Shown in pieces: positions 15,242 to 16,160 of a stretch of 16,160 bases of DNA. The position numbers were made by a program, and so were the translations under genes. The stretch's first letter is position 1; each line of letters opens with the position of its first letter. Source of the DNA: Candidatus Heimdallarchaeota archaeon (GTDB lineage: Archaea > Asgardarchaeota > Heimdallarchaeia > JABLTI01). The DNA is taken from assembly GCA_019058275.1 (NCBI GenBank), contig JAHLVW010000040.1:1-16160 (forward strand), read 5' to 3'. The notes beneath the pieces were generated by a model. It worked only from the letters and a program-made list of their open reading frames with translations, did not search any database and was not told the origin of the DNA.

Positions 15242-16160
15242 ATGACCAAAAACTGGAAAGAAGAAAAAACAAACCACATTAAAGAGAAATTCCCCCTCAA
15301 ACCAACCACCAGACCTGAATGGCTAAAAATAGCTAAACTACCTGCAACAAAGCCTGTTACTTCGAGTGGTGTTTGTTGGGAAAATCTATTTCAAAAAAAG
15401 CTTGAATCATTTGCAGCTGTTCTCGAGAGAATGGTGAATAATCCTCATCCTTTTGACCACCAGAAAGAAGCAATAGAGTATTTGTTAGAGCCACAAGAGA
15501 ACAACAAAGACCTTATTATTAATGGTGGAACGTATTCCGGAAAATCGCTATCGTTTAGTGCTCCCGGGATTACCAAGCTGCTGAATGGAGAAACAGATTT
15601 CATTGTGCTGTTCTATCCATCCAAACAATTGCTAATGGATCAATTTGAGCGAATGAAGAATTTGGTCGTTGAAGTGAAGAAGGAAACAGGTGTTCGTTTA
15701 ACCACTCGAATGTACAGTGGAGATGTTGGGAGGAGTTCGGTAACGGGTAAAACCGCTCAGAAGAAGGATCTTCTTGAAACAGAAAAGTACCCACCGAACA
15801 TTCTCTTAGCCACTTTTGACAAGGTCTGGTATCAACTATTAGCCGGGAACAAAAACCCTCTACTCGAGAAAATAATGGACTGCCAATATGTTGTCTTCGA
15901 TGAAATCCACGCATTCGATGGGTTCGCTGCAGCTATAATTAGAATGTTCATCCAGGTGCACAAGTTAAGAAATCCTACTAGTCAAATTGTCCTTTCATCA
16001 GCTACGATTGATAGAGTGACAGAATTTCGGGATGACTTCTTGCCTGGAGCAAAAGTAATCACTTGTCCTCCAGTTAGGGGAGAGCAAGAGTTTCTTGGTG
16101 TATCAAGAGAGCACACTATTCCCATTCTAGTTGACTTGTGGGAAAGATTGGAAACAATAC
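15242..16160 (+). CDS. SF2 DEAH-box helicase, Hrq1/YprA/MrfA-like; partial, missed by the ORF track
   Basis: ATG 4 nt after the cas1 stop; frame open to the window edge. Motifs: Q PFDHQKEAI, I GGTYSGKS, Ia YPSKQLLMDQ, YSGD, Ib ILLATFD, II VVFDEIH, III LSSATI. Confidence 0.92.
   Translation, partial: MTKNWKEEKTNHIKEKFPLKPTTRPEWLKIAKLPATKPVTSSGVCWENLFQKKLESFAAVLERMVNNPHPFDHQKEAIEYLLEPQENNKDLIINGGTYSGKSLSFSAPGITKLLNGETDFIVLFYPSKQLLMDQFERMKNLVVEVKKETGVRLTTRMYSGDVGRSSVTGKTAQKKDLLETEKYPPNILLATFDKVWYQLLAGNKNPLLEKIMDCQYVVFDEIHAFDGFAAAIIRMFIQVHKLRNPTSQIVLSSATIDRVTEFRDDFLPGAKVITCPPVRGEQEFLGVSREHTIPILVDLWERLETI

Larger units (their letters stand above)
7362..16160. mobile_element. Putative large composite element inserted in the DUF1295 gene; far boundary not in window
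   Basis: Sharp junction at 7362-63. Neither the missing 5' part of the gene nor a matching left end is found between 9033 and 16160. All intervening genes are nuclease, integrase or helicase types. Confidence 0.5.

Noticed and set aside
12799-15914. Minus-strand ORFs 12799-13134, 12990-13229, 13599-13868 and 15600-15914
   Set aside because: Antisense shadows of the cas1 fusion and the helicase.
11134-16160. Classical casposon
   Set aside because: No family B polymerase or TIR is visible in the window. It cannot be excluded further downstream.
15242-16160. Cas3
   Set aside because: No N-terminal HD domain, and the motifs (HQxEA, YPxKxLxxDQ, YSGD, SATI) fit Hrq1/YprA-like helicases better.

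Overview
Archaeal window, probably Asgard: ABCE1/Rli1 sits among prokaryote-style operons, and a highly diverged Cas1 is present. From left to right: (1) a minus-strand operon led by a protein with an RPA70-like OB fold; (2) an AT-rich three-gene cassette ending in a HEPN toxin gene broken by one in-frame TGA; (3) host genes ABCE1/Rli1 and a GNAT acetyltransferase; (4) a DUF1295 membrane-protein gene cut off exactly at an IS607-type right end (...GGAAC|GG). That end belongs to a 543-aa, catalytically intact TnpB with a foldable pseudoknotted omegaRNA. No TnpA, left end or missing 5' half of the disrupted gene follows it. Instead come a free-standing LAGLIDADG-HTH nuclease, a candidate structured RNA, and an operon. 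The operon encodes a 1367-aa protein (degenerate Hel308/Ski2-like helicase module, wHTH, Cys clusters, Cas1 with intact E/H/E triad, wHTH) and a Hrq1/YprA/MrfA-like helicase that runs off the window and is missing from the ORF track. There is no CRISPR array. The main hypothesis is a large TnpB-guarded mobile element carrying a CRISPR-less giant Cas1-helicase system. All family assignments come from motif recognition by eye; no searches were run.
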